In this document: positions 39,587 to 53,355 of the stretch, piece after piece
How the letters are laid out: each line of letters opens with the position of its first letter
Numbering within the stretch: position 1 is the stretch's first letter
Assembly (NCBI GenBank): GCA_965178125.1
Contig: OZ237757.1
Coordinates: 310,001 to 374,000 of the forward strand
DNA length: 64,000 nucleotides
Source: Bilabrum cf. latius
Taxonomy: Eukaryota
Reading direction: 5' to 3'
Notes under the pieces: model-generated
What the model was told of the DNA's origin: nothing
The model's input: only the letters and a program-made list of their open reading frames with translations
Database searches by the model: none
Translations under genes and position numbers: made by a program

Positions 39587-42500
39587 TCACTGCCGACCAG
39601 TAACTGCATGCTCACAATCTCCCTGGTGCGCGCAAAACGAGCACGACATGAAACCGGGCCGAGCGGGGGCCGCTTCATCCAAATCAGGGCCAATTTGCTC
39701 TGTAGCGCCCAAATCCACCGACCTGCTGCCTGGTCGCACACCGAGAGCGGCCTCCATGTCTAACACGTCATCAACACCACGACGCAGCCGTTCCACCACA
39801 GCTACACCGTAGCCAGCAGAGCCCTTGAACGGCAGCATGACATCTGACGCGTCCACACAGCGCGATCCATCTTCTCCACTAACAACCCCGACGGCATGCG
39901 GCTCCCCCAGCCTGTGCTTGAGCAGTGAAGCATAGGCTGCGAGCTGTGGGCTGTTGCGAGCAATGCCCCTCAACCTCGCTGAAGTGTCAGCATAACCACT
40001 TGCCACCGACTGTTGGCTGCGCCCTGCACGCTCCCACCCTGAGTCGTGGCTCGGGTTGGACTTGATGTCCACGATTGAGTAAGGCATCCCCGGCACTGCA
40101 GCCCAGCCGAAGTCTGCCAGGAGGTCCATGCCGGCCTCCATGCCCTCCACAGATTCTGTATCGAGGATTTCCTCGATGTGCTTAGACCCGAGAAGCTACA
40201 TTGCCGAGCCCATGGATGTACCGGTGCACTCCACCCTGTCAATGATGCCCGTGAACAGCACTGGAATACTCCCTGATGCCGCGTCCCCGCCTGCACCTCC
40301 GCTGCGCTCTGCTTCCTGCAGCCCACCAACCCAGGACTCCTTCCATACACCGGCAGCAGGGTCAAATCGCCCGGACACCTGCAGCTCATGCAGCACGCCG
40401 ACCTCATGGTGCAAATCAGACGCAGGCTCAGGCAGCTTGCTGCTGCTGTCGCTCAGATCTGCGTGTAGGCGGGCACCGATCGCCGCTTCCTGTGCCAGCA
40501 GACATGCCCACCGCAGCAGCGGTCGGGTTGATGCCCACTGGCTGTTCGTCAGCTCCTGCATCGGGATTCCAAGCAACATGGGATCCTCGGCATCTTGCGT
40601 AGATAGAGAGTCATTCGCAGTGCTAGCCTCGGTCGCACCATTTCGTACCGGATCAGGGGCATCGCCATGCCAGTGGGCGGTTGCCGCAGCCACACGGCCT
40701 AGCGGACTCTTTGAAGGTTGTAGTGGGCCGTTCTTATGAACGGTGGACAGGATTGCCTCATGCATCCGGGCGCTGGACCGGCCGCTCCGCCAGGCCCGCA
40801 CCTCATCGGGCGTGACAAGTGCCTTTTCAATTACACCTCTTAGAGTTTTGTCCACTTTGTGCATTGGCATCGCCAGACCTGCCCAGCTGATCTCAGTCTG
40901 CAGTTTCATTGCATGGTACAGCACCTGCTCAATGTCAGTCTTGTCCAGCAGCGCGCCGTCACTCTTGCGACTCGCATCGACTAGAAGATCACGCTGCACG
41001 CCCATCCGACGAAGCAAATCATCGCCCCACTCATGGCTGCTCCAGCCTTGCTCGTCGCACACGTCAGTAAGATACCTCGCTAGCCCCAAGCGGTCCGTAC
41101 CTCCGATCGCGGCTGCCAGCCTGCCCCCGAGCTCCAGAGCCGAATGCACAACCGAGCCGTATGCAAGCTGTACCGACTTGCGCTACGAAGCAACGTCACC
41201 GGCATATCTGGAAAAGTAGAACGACCTCTTGCATCTCTCTAGCTCCATCAGCCGCGAGTGGGACAGCACAACGGGAGCATTGGCCGCTTTGATCGCGTCG
41301 GCTCGAAGATGCGCGACTGCACCGGGCACACTCCCCGAGGGATGCGACATCATTTTGGGGTCTGGTCGCGCGACGTTCTATGCAGCCGGCGACGCCGGTG
41401 AGGCGAATAATCCCTGCGCAACAACGCCAAGTGTGGCCCCACCACTGTGCTCATTGATGACCCTGGGTGACGGGCGCGTCGGCCGCTGGCTGGACATTTT
41501 GGAGCGACGGATCGCAAGCAAAGCGCCTTTGCTTATGGACTTGCGCCAGTTCCATCGCTGGATAGACCTGAGCTTGCCGCCCTCTGGTCCAGTGACAATT
41601 GGTGTGCCAGCTGGCGGAGCGTCAGCCTCAGCGGCATGAATGGATCCAATTGAGGACGTACCTGCGCCGGCTTCCGTCGCATTTTCTCGCAGCTCAGCGT
41701 AGATCTGCTCCATTCCACCTAAGGCCGGGGATACGGGGCCCCCTTTCCCTTCCGCTGCTTCGTGGCAATTGGGAACGATCACGGTATCGAACTGAGAGGC
41801 AGGACCGGGGTACCCTACCCTGTCACTGATCAGCAGCACACCGGTCCTGCGAGTGCCACTTCCATCCGCGCCATCATTGACGCCCTCCCCCGCGTCAATC
41901 CACTCACTGGACCATCCAAGGTCAGCCTCATCGTCCAGGGACGACACGCCCTCCTCGTCCAAAACTGTATGCTCCGATGGTACCACTCGCAGCGACGCAG
42001 CCTGCCGCACCAAATCCAGCTGGTCCTGAGGATTGCTTGCCAAGGCGCGGCTGCTTGCCGACTGCTGTCGCTGTATGGATCGCAGGCGCGAGTAGAGCAC
42101 CTACAGCGGGCGCGCTGCCCCCGCTAGGTCAGGCGCCAGGTTTGTGTCACCCCCCGTCGATAAGGAGGAAGCAATGCCCGAGTCGGTGGCGAACTCGAGG
42201 AGCGCAATGTGCGCTGGCCTGCGAATGACGGCAGCCTGGAGCCGCTGCAGGTCACGAACGAGCCGTTGCCCTGGGTCTAGATTCGCCGAGTCACCTCTCT
42301 GGGACTCGTGTGGCCTCCCAATCGCTGCGGATGAATCGATTCCGAATTGCGACACGGAATTTCCATCTCCATCGTCTGCTTCACTCGCTGTTATGGCGTC
42401 TGCAATAGAGGCGGATCGCGCGTCTTGCTTATCGTTCCACCGTTGAAGCGCGCCCGGGTCTGACGACTGAGCAATGTCACTCCAAGCCCCCTCCTCGAGC

Positions 42501-44473
42501 ATTGTCCTCAGCTTGGTCCCATCACCGCCCGCGCGCTGCGCCAGCACGCTCGCTGTCAGAGCCGACGTGCCGTACAGACTGCTGCTAAGCAGCGCAAGAA
42601 CGGGCGCTGTGTCTTCCGGTCGTGCAGCAGCAACGAATGCCTGCACGCACGTCCACACGGCAGCGTGCTGGATCGGCGCGATAGATCGGTTGTCAACGAT
42701 GTCGCCTCCAGACTGCTGCACCGCTCGGGTCACTGCTTCAGCCAGCTCATCTTGCGCCGAGACAGGCAGCAAGTCTAGCAACAGTGCCACTTTATCACCC
42801 CTACTTACAAGCTGAGTGGACATGGCAGCGATCATCCTGTGCTCCTGCAGATCGTCACCGTCAAGCACCAGCTCGAGGACATGATGCCCGGGAGATGCCA
42901 GCGGTTCGTTTCCTTGCTCTGCCGTCGGGGAAGGAGACTCCCCGTCTTTGCTTGCTGATGCAGCACCCATCAGTCTCCATCCGTGGCCTTGAGAACTGCT
43001 TGGGCACCGCGATGCTGCTGCCTGGACTGTATCGCTTATCGTGGCACTCCTGCGTTGCGCGCCCGGCCGCTCGTTGGCCGACTGTGGTTGGTCTGCCGTG
43101 CTTCTCGCTGCCAAAATAGGCTGCTTTGATGCGTTGGCTAGTGTTTCAGACGTCAAGACAGCCAAGCTATTGGCGAGCTTGCCTAGTACCTCAGTGGAGC
43201 CAGTTGAAGCAGCAGACGATGGGCCTGGTATTTGCCCAGACGACGCACCGCCATTCTGACCGTCTCTAAACCCCTGGCATGCCCACTCGATCAGCTCACG
43301 CTGATCCGCCTCCACAACAGAGGCCGCCCCCGTCCTCCTGGGCTGGTCAAAGTCGGACAGCACAGCGAGACCGAGGTCGTGCCCTGCCTCCGACACGCCA
43401 GCTCCGATCGATCGGAGCAGTGAGGCATCTAATGGTGTGAGGCTCTCTCCCTCCGCGACCAGCATGATCCCGGTCCTGCGCGCGCCATCGAGAGATGCAC
43501 TGGTGCTGGCCCCAGCGCTGCCGCTCGCGCCGACGGGCAGGAGCGCATCGACAATCTGCTCGATGGCGTCGACACGCATGTCCAGTGGGGTATCGCAGTG
43601 AAGGAGCGAGATGAGCGCTTCCGCGTCGTCCTCGTAGCCCCATGGGCTGACCCCAACGCCACCGGGGGAATTCCCCCCTGGGCGTCTCCCTTCCGAACGA
43701 CTGCCGCGGGCCCACGCGTGCCACACTGCGTAGCTTTTCGCCAGCTCTACAGCTGCTCGCAGTGTCTTGGTCGTCTTTGACGCCCGCAACAGTTTGGTTT
43801 TGGTGCCGCGAGGGGGTGACAGCTGGGTCATCAGCTCGCGCAGCTGCTCCCGCTCTGCCTCGGCTGCAGCAAGCCTCGGCTCGAGCCGTGCAGTAGCAAT
43901 TGCAAGGACGCGTTCTGGAGATACGGCTGAGGACCGAAGCCTACGAAATCCATTTATAATAGTTGGTGCATACCGCAGAGGATCACCAACTGGTCGTAGA
44001 CTGCGTAGTGGCAAGGAGGGCAACAACCTCTTGAATTGCTGCACGCTTGGTTGAACGGCCGAACCTTCCGCTTCGTTGACTGAGCTCGAATCAAACGATT
44101 CCACGAGTTCAGTCACATCAGTGGATGATTCTTGGATACCTCTATTGGTGCCAAGAAGAGAACTGCGTAAGGCTTCCTCCCGCATTCGTGCACCAGTTCG
44201 AAACGACAGCTCCTGACCAAGCGAAGACAACGATCGGGGAGCTCCAGTGTGCGTGCCCATAGGGAGAACTTCAGTACAGACGCTGTCGATGCTTGGGGTG
44301 ATAGAATGGCGCAGTGCCACTGGAGTCAAGAGGCAGATGTTGCCGGCTGGCACCTGCTTTGCGCTAATCAGCCTGCCCATTTGCTTGCCCAACTATGCAA
44401 TCACGAAAGAATACGACGGGAAGTTCTACACCAAAACCTTATCGCGACCAACTGCATGAAGAAATCGGCTCAT
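39587..44473 (-). CDS. Degenerate UvrD-like helicase fused to an Fe-S PD-(D/E)XK nuclease (AddB/AdnA/RecB-family-like; about 1628 aa)
   Basis: ORFs 42101-44392, 41378-42100, 40196-41149 and 39587-40150 share one frame joined by TAGs. Nuclease motifs: LSHSRLMELERCKRSFYF...YGSVVHSALE, FTGIIDRV, IVDIKS, QLAAY, CSFCAHQGDC. N-terminal remnants of UvrD motifs: AGNICLLTP, MLVAEGESLTPLD, LAVLSDFDQ, FDTVIVP. The start codon is uncertain. Confidence 0.7.
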
Positions 44474-44616
44474 ATATCGATGCAGACACGTTTGAAGAAT
44501 TGATGGCGAGAGCGCCGAACCTCGACAGGCGCGAAGGAACCTTCGCTTCGCTGCCGATGCCAAAACTTATATTTCTTGGGGTTCAAGATTGCCCTAGACT
44601 CGTATTGCATCAAATC

Positions 44617-47600
44617 ATGGATATTTAGGACGAATTGGACCAGTCGCGTAGGGACCTATCGGAGTTGGTGCAAGAAGTTAAGTATTGGGAGTCGAGAGTG
44701 AGTCAAGCCGCTTTATCTTGCGATACGCTCGTCCGCTTCTGGCATACATGTTCGCCGCACGCCCGATTTCAGGTTAAACAATCGCAGTATGATACCAAGA
44801 GGGCTCATTTTGCAGCGATGAAGCGCGGGACTCGGGAATGTGCAAGAGTAGGCATGTCGTCCATGAATGAGATCTAGGTATCGCTGTTTGCAGCACGGCA
44901 TGCTGGCGTAGGTATGCCTGCTCCTGTCAGACACTTTCTCAGATAGGTAACATAGGCAGCGACTACGTGTGCTGATAGCCAGCTAGCTCAGCTAAAAGGA
45001 CTGGAAAGATGGCTGCACGAGGAAGTAGGCGAGCAGGTGTCTCTTGTACCAACGTCTTCATCCGATTCCGAGAGCGACAGTGACATGTCTGGCTCGCTCG
45101 ATCCATAGGATAAAGTATCGGTTATTTCAGTTGAAAAGAAGCGCGGCATGGGTCAGGATACTGGCGTCGCTCTGCCCCGAGCAGCTGCTGCAGCCCCCGC
45201 GTCAAGCCGAGCCGGGGCAGGTGCTTCAAGCGGGCGAGCATCGGTCGCCAGTGGCATGTCAGCATTTGCACGATCAGACGAAGGCGATGGCAGCTCGATG
45301 GACAGCGAGGATTCCAGTGATTCAGACGCATTGGGCAGTAGCAGTACCCTGGGCCGCGCCCTCACCGCCCAGCAGCCTGGCGTGCACTCGCCACAGCGCG
45401 TAGCCGGCACTGCCCAGAAGTCGCGGTCGAAGAGCGCAGGCAGAATCCGGCAAGGTCACCGAGGCGCAGCATCTCCGCCAGCAAACGGGCCCGCCAGCGG
45501 CAGGCACAGGCGCTCCTCGGTCCCAGCTGGTGGCGCTGCTGTCGTGCCAGAGCACATTCGGGCTGAACTATAGGCAGCAGCACGCTCTGCTGAAGCTGCA
45601 GGCACTGGCAAGAGCGGGAAAAGCAAGCAAGCACATAGCGATGGATTTGATCGAGCCAGGTCCGACCTGTCAGCTGCAGGTGCGCTCCACCTGCTCCCGC
45701 TAGCGTCTCCTCTTCAAGCAGAGCGGCTGCCCAGCGGGGCACCTGAGTCAGCCAGCCAGCTGGGCCGGAAGGAGCTGATGGAACTGCTAGTGGGGCTGTA
45801 CAGGAAGCACGACCGGGCCATTGACATCATGCGCAAGAGGCACGAGCGGTCCATCTCGGCTATGGCGCAGGAGGTGAGGCAGGCCCATGAGCAGGCCAGG
45901 CATGAGAGGGCAGCGAGCAGTGCCAGGCTGGGCGCGCTATCAGGGCTACAATCAAGGCAAGGATCACCCACAAAAAGCTCCCAAGCTCCCATCGCTATTC
46001 GCAAGGAAGCAGATCCTAGGGACGAGATTGCCGGTGAGGGGGGCCATCGACCAGCTGGGGGACAGCGGGAAGGTGTGCACAGAGGTGAGGCGCAGGACTT
46101 TGGGGCACAGAGCATATCGGCTTTATCCATTACTTCTCGAGGATCGCGTGGCTCAGGTCCTTCCGAGATCCAGATGGCAGCGGCAGAGGCGATGTCGGCC
46201 ACAGCTGCAGCCGTCAGGGCCGTATGTAGGAGGCAGAGCGAGCGGGAGAGGGAGAGGACGCGTGGAGATGAGGGCAGTGGATCCCATAGCATGCGCTCGG
46301 TAAGTCCAAAAATTGATGTGGCGTCAGCTGGGCACGGCAGGCCACGCCGGTACTCTGATGACGAAGACGTGGCTGCCCTGCGTCGTGCTGCAGCAGAGGC
46401 TGGAATCGAAAGAGATGAAGAGAAGAAGAGCGGAAATATGGCGGGGTCCATTGATAGTAACGGGGCAAGCGGGTTGCTTGATGCTGGGAAGGGCGCCGAA
46501 GCTACGACTCTAGGCGCCTCGACGACTGACCTTGCCACCCGGGGCATTGGCTTCGAGACGGCACGGACGGTAGCAGGTCTTGAGCAAGGCAAGTCCCCTA
46601 GCAAATTGAAGTCGCGCTAGTCACCTTCAGCATCCACGGATGAGCCGCCGCTTGCTGAGAAGGACCTGTAGGCCAGAGTGGATGCACTAGAGAAGGAAAG
46701 GGAGGAACTCATGGACGAAATGTGGAGGATGACGCAGGCGCTCGAGGTGCTGGCTGGACAGCAGCAACATCAGCAGTATCATTCAAAGGAGCTAGGGGAA
46801 GGGCCACGCATGCAATCACAGCCAAGCCGGCATCAGCGGCAACCGGGTGAAACTGCATCTTTGTCGTTCGGCAGAGCAAATCAATAGGGCGGGACTAGTA
46901 CAGAGCCTGGAAGCAGAATAGCCACTAGATACGGCGAGGAGCAGCGTGAGGATCTGAGCGGCACAAGGTCTTCAGATATATTGGAAAGCGTGAAGGGCCT
47001 TGTTGGCATTGGGCCAGGGCTGGTAGACACTGGCAGGTGGGGCGGTGGTTCAGCGCCAGCACCTGACAGGCCAATGGGTGCAGACAACGAGGATACCAGG
47101 AGGGGAGATGGGGCTGGTCCAAGTGTCAGCAGTGGCGTATTTGCACAGCCAGACCGTGGCAAGGGATCCCTACCAGTGGATGGCGTTGACTCTGATGGGG
47201 GCGGCACCAAATCAGGCAAACAAGGCAGCATTGAACGGGACGAAGACAAGGTAGAAGGCAGCACTGATGGTGGTTGCTCGGGGCAGACCGAGCAGGAAGA
47301 GGGTGAAAGCATGGAAGGGGACCAGTTCTCCTTCAAGGATGACGTGGATGTGGGCGGCGCCACTGATGGTGGTGAAACTGACGCTGCTGGTCTCGTGCAC
47401 AGCTCGGCCGCTGGTAAGGATGCATCCACTAATCAAAGCGACGACGAAGACAGCAAGGCAGCGCAGTCCGCAGACCGCGCAGCACAGCAAGCAGTGCGTC
47501 GGCACCTAGAATCGACGGTGAAGCTCCTCTCGGGGCACCTATCTCAGAACGTGGCCACGCTAGAGCAGTGCCAGGAAGAGCTCCAGGCGACTAGATCCGC

Positions 47601-50600
47601 GCTCCAGGCCACAAAGTCGCGGCTGTCCGATAGGGAACAAGAGCTTGCAGGTACCAGAAAAGACGTCAAATCGTCAGACAGGGCTGTGGGCGAGCTGGAG
47701 GCTCTGATCGATGAGCTGCAGGCGTAGAATGGAGAGCTGTCGGAACAATTGCAGGAGGCCAAGCTTCGTGAAAGAACAGGGCAGCTTGAGCAGCATTCGG
47801 CTGCAGAAACATCGCATTTACTCCCGGAATCGCTTGTTCCAGTCAGCGTGGAGCCTCAGGAGAGACTAGATGCCGGTGTACCGGACTCGGGCTCGGCTGG
47901 CGCGGGAGATCAGTCTGCGCAGGCCGTGATTGTAGCCAGCGCAGAGGCCGCCAGGCGCGAGGCACGCACCTGCCAGCAGCTGCTGGAGCAGTCCCAGCAC
48001 CGGGTGAAGGACCTGGAGGAGGAGCTATCGCAGGCCAGGACGGCAAATGCCTTGCATAGGTCTCAGTCGTTCACCATGAGGACGCAGCTGGAGGGGCTTG
48101 CGAGGGAGGATGAGAGGCAGGGCGTCGGACGGTTGGAGCTGCAGCAGAATGCGGTCGTTGCTGAGGTGCCATCTACACAGCAGGCGTCTAGCGGCTGGCA
48201 AAAGCCACCTTCAGTGAGACTCGCCGCAGCTGCCGGCATTGAGGCTATGGTGGCTGAAGCTAGGCTATCGCCAGCTCCGATTGCAGTGGCAAAGGACGCC
48301 CCGCACGATGCCGGTGAGGAGACGAATGGCGAGGACTGGAAGGGCAGAGCAGAGGCCGCTGAGGAGCTCGTGCCCCGCCTCGCAGCCCAGCTTCGGGAGC
48401 TACAGGCCACTCATGATCAGCTGCTCCGGGATAGTAATCAGCAGCAGCAGTAGCTGCAGCAGCACGCCAAGCAGCCTTCACCCAAGGCTCCCAAGAGGCC
48501 ACCGCCGCGGCGCCCACTACTCGACCGGGATGGTACTGACCTCTTCGCCACTGCCGGCTCGGTGGCATCCATCTAGTCACCGGGCAGATCAAAGCCCACA
48601 CCAGGTGGTGACTGGCAAGGGAGTGATACCAATCGCTCGCGTGACGACCTGGATCGACAACTGTCCGAAGCTGTGGAGGAGGGCTAGGCCGCCCAGTCGC
48701 GCGCTTTGGTGCTTGGTAGTCAGCTGCAAGACGCCAGGGCTGCCCTAGATGCAGAAAAAAGCAAAGTGGAGCAGCTGCAGCGAGACTTGGAGGCTGTCCA
48801 GGCAGCACAAGACTCCATTGCAAGCGACCTCTCTTCCAAAGAGCGCGAGCTCGATTCTGCCAAGCGGAGAGTGCAAGATGCCGAGCATGCGGCCCGCGAT
48901 GCGCGGAGACAACAGCGAGAGGCAGAGGTGGAACGTAACAGCTTGAAGCGCACCTTGGATGGCATGCAGCAGCAGGTAGATCGTGCCAAGCAGTTCCAGA
49001 GGGAAGCTGAGCGCGACTTGGATGATGCCAGACGCCAGCTCCGCAGCGGTGGCGGCAGCAGCCGCGCAGATGGAACGAGAGAATCCAGTAGGCGATACTC
49101 TAGTGAATTCGAAGACGCCTCGCCGGCAGTGGAGAGGAGGCTCAGGCTGCAGCGGGACGAGGCCAGATCGGAGGTGGAGGCGCTCTCGAGGCGCCTGCAG
49201 CTGCTGCGTGACAAAATGGACGCGAGCGAGGCCAAGGCAGAAGCTGCCGTGGACGAGCTGGCTGATGCGCTCGGCGACCGTGCTGCTGCACAACACGTTT
49301 TGGCTGCGGTTGAAGACGAGCTTGATGCTTGCAAGCGAGCCAAGGATGCTTGGCTCGCTGATCTTGCCACAGAGGCCGGCCAGGCGATCAGGGTGCTTGA
49401 GAGCGTGAGCAATGCGGCACGGAGGCTCGCTGGGTCGTTCGGGGATGTAGGTGGAGAGCTTGCGCGGTCTACCACCCGGTCAAGGAGGCGCGAAGGTCTT
49501 ACTCGCAGCGGCAATGCGTCCGATAGCGACAGTGCCGTAAGTGTGGACGAGTGGCTTCGGGGCAGCGGGGCCAAAGCAAGCGCCTCAGGTACTGGCAGAA
49601 AGTCGAAACAGGGGCGAGGAGTTAGGCACAGAGAGAAATTGGAAACCAAGGATGGCCCCCTTCCATTGAGTGTCAGTCGTTTGCACGCGGCGGTGATGCG
49701 CGGCCTCTCCCAGGTCGGGTCAAGCAGCAGATCCGGTGCTTCGAGGGGTCGCGTGACCTCCGTCAAGCAGGTGCAGGAGGCCTGGAGGTCAATTGGCTTG
49801 GCCAGCAAGGCGATTGAGACGATATTTGACGACGCTGAGCGACACTTGCAGCGGTGCAATGCACGAGCAGACAGGCTGCAGGGCAAGCACGAGGAGGCAG
49901 TGGCAGCAGCGGAGGAAGCCAGGCAGCAGGCCATTGCAGCGGAGGAAGTGGCCACAGATGCAGAAATCAGGGCACAGGAAGCGGAGGAGAAGCTAAAAGA
50001 ACAGCATCAGAGCATGGAAGCAGAGCTGAAGGAGGCAAAGCAGCGGGCAAGGCGAGCCGAAGACAAAGCGAACCACCTGGAGAAGCATTAGAGCGTGGCT
50101 GCCCAGGCTGCCCTCGACGCTTAGCACCAGCTAGAGCGAACGCGCAGCCAAGCAGATGACTCTGCAGACAGGGCGGAACGGCTACAGCAAGAAGTGGATC
50201 GACTGGGGCAGCAGGTGGCTGAGGCAGACCGGGCGATAAACTCCCTCGAGGAGCAGCTAAACAGCGCGCGTTCGGATCTAGAGCAAGCCAAGTCGCATGC
50301 GCGGGAGGAGCTGGAACGGCTGGAGCAGCAGCACAGGGCAGACATGCAGCGCACCGCAGATAAGATCGATAGCTTGAGAGAACAGGAGCGCCAGCAGAGG
50401 TCGGAGGCCCATGGGTTGCGACAGGACGCAGGGGACTTGCAGAGTGAGCTTGCGCAAGCATAGGCTGGCCTGGAGTAGGCACGCAATGAGATCGCCCAGC
50501 TGCAAGACGACACCAAAGTGCACTCGCAGCAGCGACGAGCGTTGCAGCAGCAACTGCAAGACGTAGAGAAGGCGCTGCAAGAGGCAGAGACGCGCGAACA

Positions 50601-53214
50601 CATGCTTTAGCGCGATCTGGCTGACCGGCAAGCGCGGCTAGAGGAGGGCAGGGAAGAGATTGAAGGTCTCGAATCTGCCCTGCAAGCCCAAGAATCCCAG
50701 CTGCAACAAGCCAAGCAAGCTCTCCAGGGTGCCCTCAGTGACCGAGAGCAGGCAGAGCAGGACGCGGCTCGAGCCAACGAGGGGAAGCGCATCGCAGAAG
50801 AGAAAGCCTCAGAGTATGAAGATGCCGCGCATCGAGCCCACGCCGATGCCTAGCAGTCTAGGCTTGAGGCAGAGGACGCTCGTGCAGAGGCTGAGGCTGC
50901 GCTGGAAGCCGCGGCTGAGGCAGAGGCGGAGCGTGAGTAGCTCGAGAAGCAGCTGGAATCCACACAGGCAACTCTTGCCGACGCGAAGCAGAGGGAGGTG
51001 TCCAGTCAAGAGGCCTTGCAGGATGCCAGGCAGAGCATCCATGACCTTCACAGAGACCTGGACGAGGCAGCTGCCGGGTCTGCGTCTGAGCGAAGGGAAC
51101 TGCAGTAGGCGCTGGAGGATGCAGGATCGACCGCTGAGGAGGCTGCGCAGGCGCTGCGGGCGGAGCGTCATCGGAGGCAGGGTGCCGAGCAGCAGCTGCA
51201 AGAGGCCGCAGCGGACTTTGAGCGGGAGAGAGCCGGGCGAGGGCACGCCGATTCTCTTTTGAAATCGGCTCGAAGCGAGATCAAGGCGATGCAAGCGGCT
51301 GTGGCCGACCAGCAGTCGCAGTTGGAGCACCTGGAGCAGGTGCAGAACGAGCTGCAGTCCCAGTTGGAGGAGGCGCGTGCGGCACGCCGGGACGCAGAGG
51401 AGCTCGCAGCCGAACGGGACGAAGATGCGACCAGAGCCGACGAGCAAGCCCGCGGCGCGCAATCAGAGGCAGCCGATGCCAAGCATGCCGCAGGACGTGC
51501 CAAGGAGGAATCCACGCGCCTATCCAAGGAAGTCGCCGATCTGGCCCGCAGGATGGATGAGGCAGAGGCGGGGAGAAGGGAGGCTGTCGCGGCGATGGAA
51601 GACGCCCAGCACCGCGCGGATCGCCTCGAAGCGGCACTGAAGCTCGCCCAGACGGAGATGGCTGCCACGTCCGCTGACAGCCGATCGAAGGTGGACGAGC
51701 TTCGCGCGCGCATGCAGGCGGCAGCACGGGCCAGGGAACAAGAGGCCAGCAGGGTGTGGGCGGATGCGGAGGGGGCAGTGCGCGCGGTGGCAGCTGGGCT
51801 TGATGGGCAGGCGGCGGCGTTAGGACTGCTAGATTTCGATCGCAGCGATGGAGGTGACGCGGCAGCATCTGCGTCGTCATCTAAGTCGGGGGTAGGAGTG
51901 CAGGGGGTGATGGCGGCAGCGCGACGCATGGCGGACCAAGCCAGACAGGCCATGCAGCGAGTGGTGCACCTGCAGCAGCAGACCAAAGACGCAGAGCAGC
52001 AAACCTAGGCGCTGAAGGCTGCCCTAGAAGATGCGCGAGAGCGCTCAATTGAGGCGGAGCAGGACCGCGACAAGCTGCAAGCAGAGTGCAAGCAACTCAG
52101 CAGGGCGGAGCAGGAAGCACGAACTGCACTTGAGCAGGCGGAGCGCCGCGCGCAGCAGGCCCTTGACAAGGTGCGTGCAAGCGCCACCATCGCGCGCGAG
52201 TGGGAACAGGCAGCGGCGGGGTACAGGGCAGAGCTTGCCAGGGAGCACGCAGCCAAGGGTAGCTCTGTTGCAGCCATGACGTCTGGTGGCGCGATTCGGC
52301 CCAGGCGCAGCAGCGTAGCAAGTGCAACGTCTGCCAGCGTGCTTCGGCCGTCTGAATTGCAGCAACATCGGAGCACCAGTGCATAGCATGCCCAGCCGTC
52401 GAAGCGATTGGACTCGGGGCATCGTGCAAAGCAGCAGGAGCAGCAGCCGGTGACTGTTGGGGCAGTCGATACCACGCCCGTGAGACGGCCAACCAGGCGA
52501 GATGGCACGCAGGGGGGCGAGGAGCTGCCTGGAACCCCGGATAGCCTGCGATGGTCTGGCGGTAAGCATGTTCGAGGCACAGGGTCGGATGGACTGGGCA
52601 ATGATGGTGCTAATGCTAGCAGCGGCACAAGCTCGCGTCCTAATGGGGGTGACTTTGGCAGGGCCGTGCAGACCCCGCAGATCGTGCGATCCATGCGAAC
52701 AGCCAGCGACCGGCTTGCAGAGCTCGAGAGGCGCGCTGCAGAGCTGAAGCAGGCTGGCGCACAGATGCGTCAAGAGCATGGCTTGCCAGCAGTGCAGGAT
52801 GACGGCCAGTCAGGTCCTCTATCCAATAGGCCAAGCGAGTTGGATGCTTTCAGGGACGCTGGCAAGGGTACCAGTTCTGGCAGTGGGGGGTAGCACCATG
52901 GCCAAACAGGGCACCATGGCCAAACAGGCCCGTCACGGAGCCCTCCTGGACCCACGAGCCGGCCAGCCGATCCCATGGCAGGCCCAGACCGCGGCCGCTC
53001 GCCTTTGCCGAGGAGCCGAGGTGCTCGGGCTCCGGCTGCTGGGCACACTGCCGGAGCTTCGGGACCCCAGCCTGCATCAAGCGGTCGACAGAGTGGCCTC
53101 GGCTCATCGCAGGGGCTGGACAGCAGCCAGATGTCGTCAAGCGGCGCGAGACGAGGCCCCAGCAGGAGGGCCCCAGTTGTGGAGCTAGACATCTATATGG
53201 GGGACGGGGATTGA
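44617..53214 (+). CDS. Giant coiled-coil protein of unknown function (about 2865 aa)
   Basis: One frame from MDI(TAG)DELDQ to TGA 53212-53214 (followed by TAA), interrupted only by more than 20 TAGs. Long E/A/Q/R-rich heptad segments. Confidence 0.75.
52894..52929 (+). repeat. 18-nt tandem duplication (HHGQTG x2)
   Basis: CACCATGGCCAAACAGGG CACCATGGCCAAACAGGC. Confidence 0.85.
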
Positions 53215-53355
53215 TAAATGATTGTGCCACCATGGATCTAGGATGGCAACAGATACAATATTCTTGAAATTTTAAAACAATCCTGGATTCTGGACATTGC
53301 ATTCCTTCTGAAATCCGGGGGCAGCGCGCATCCAGGGCCCCAGAGCCACGCGAGG

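Noticed and set aside
39587-41260. Cas4 / CRISPR association of the Fe-S nuclease
   Set aside because: No array or other cas genes. The domain is fused to a UvrD-like region in a eukaryotic context.
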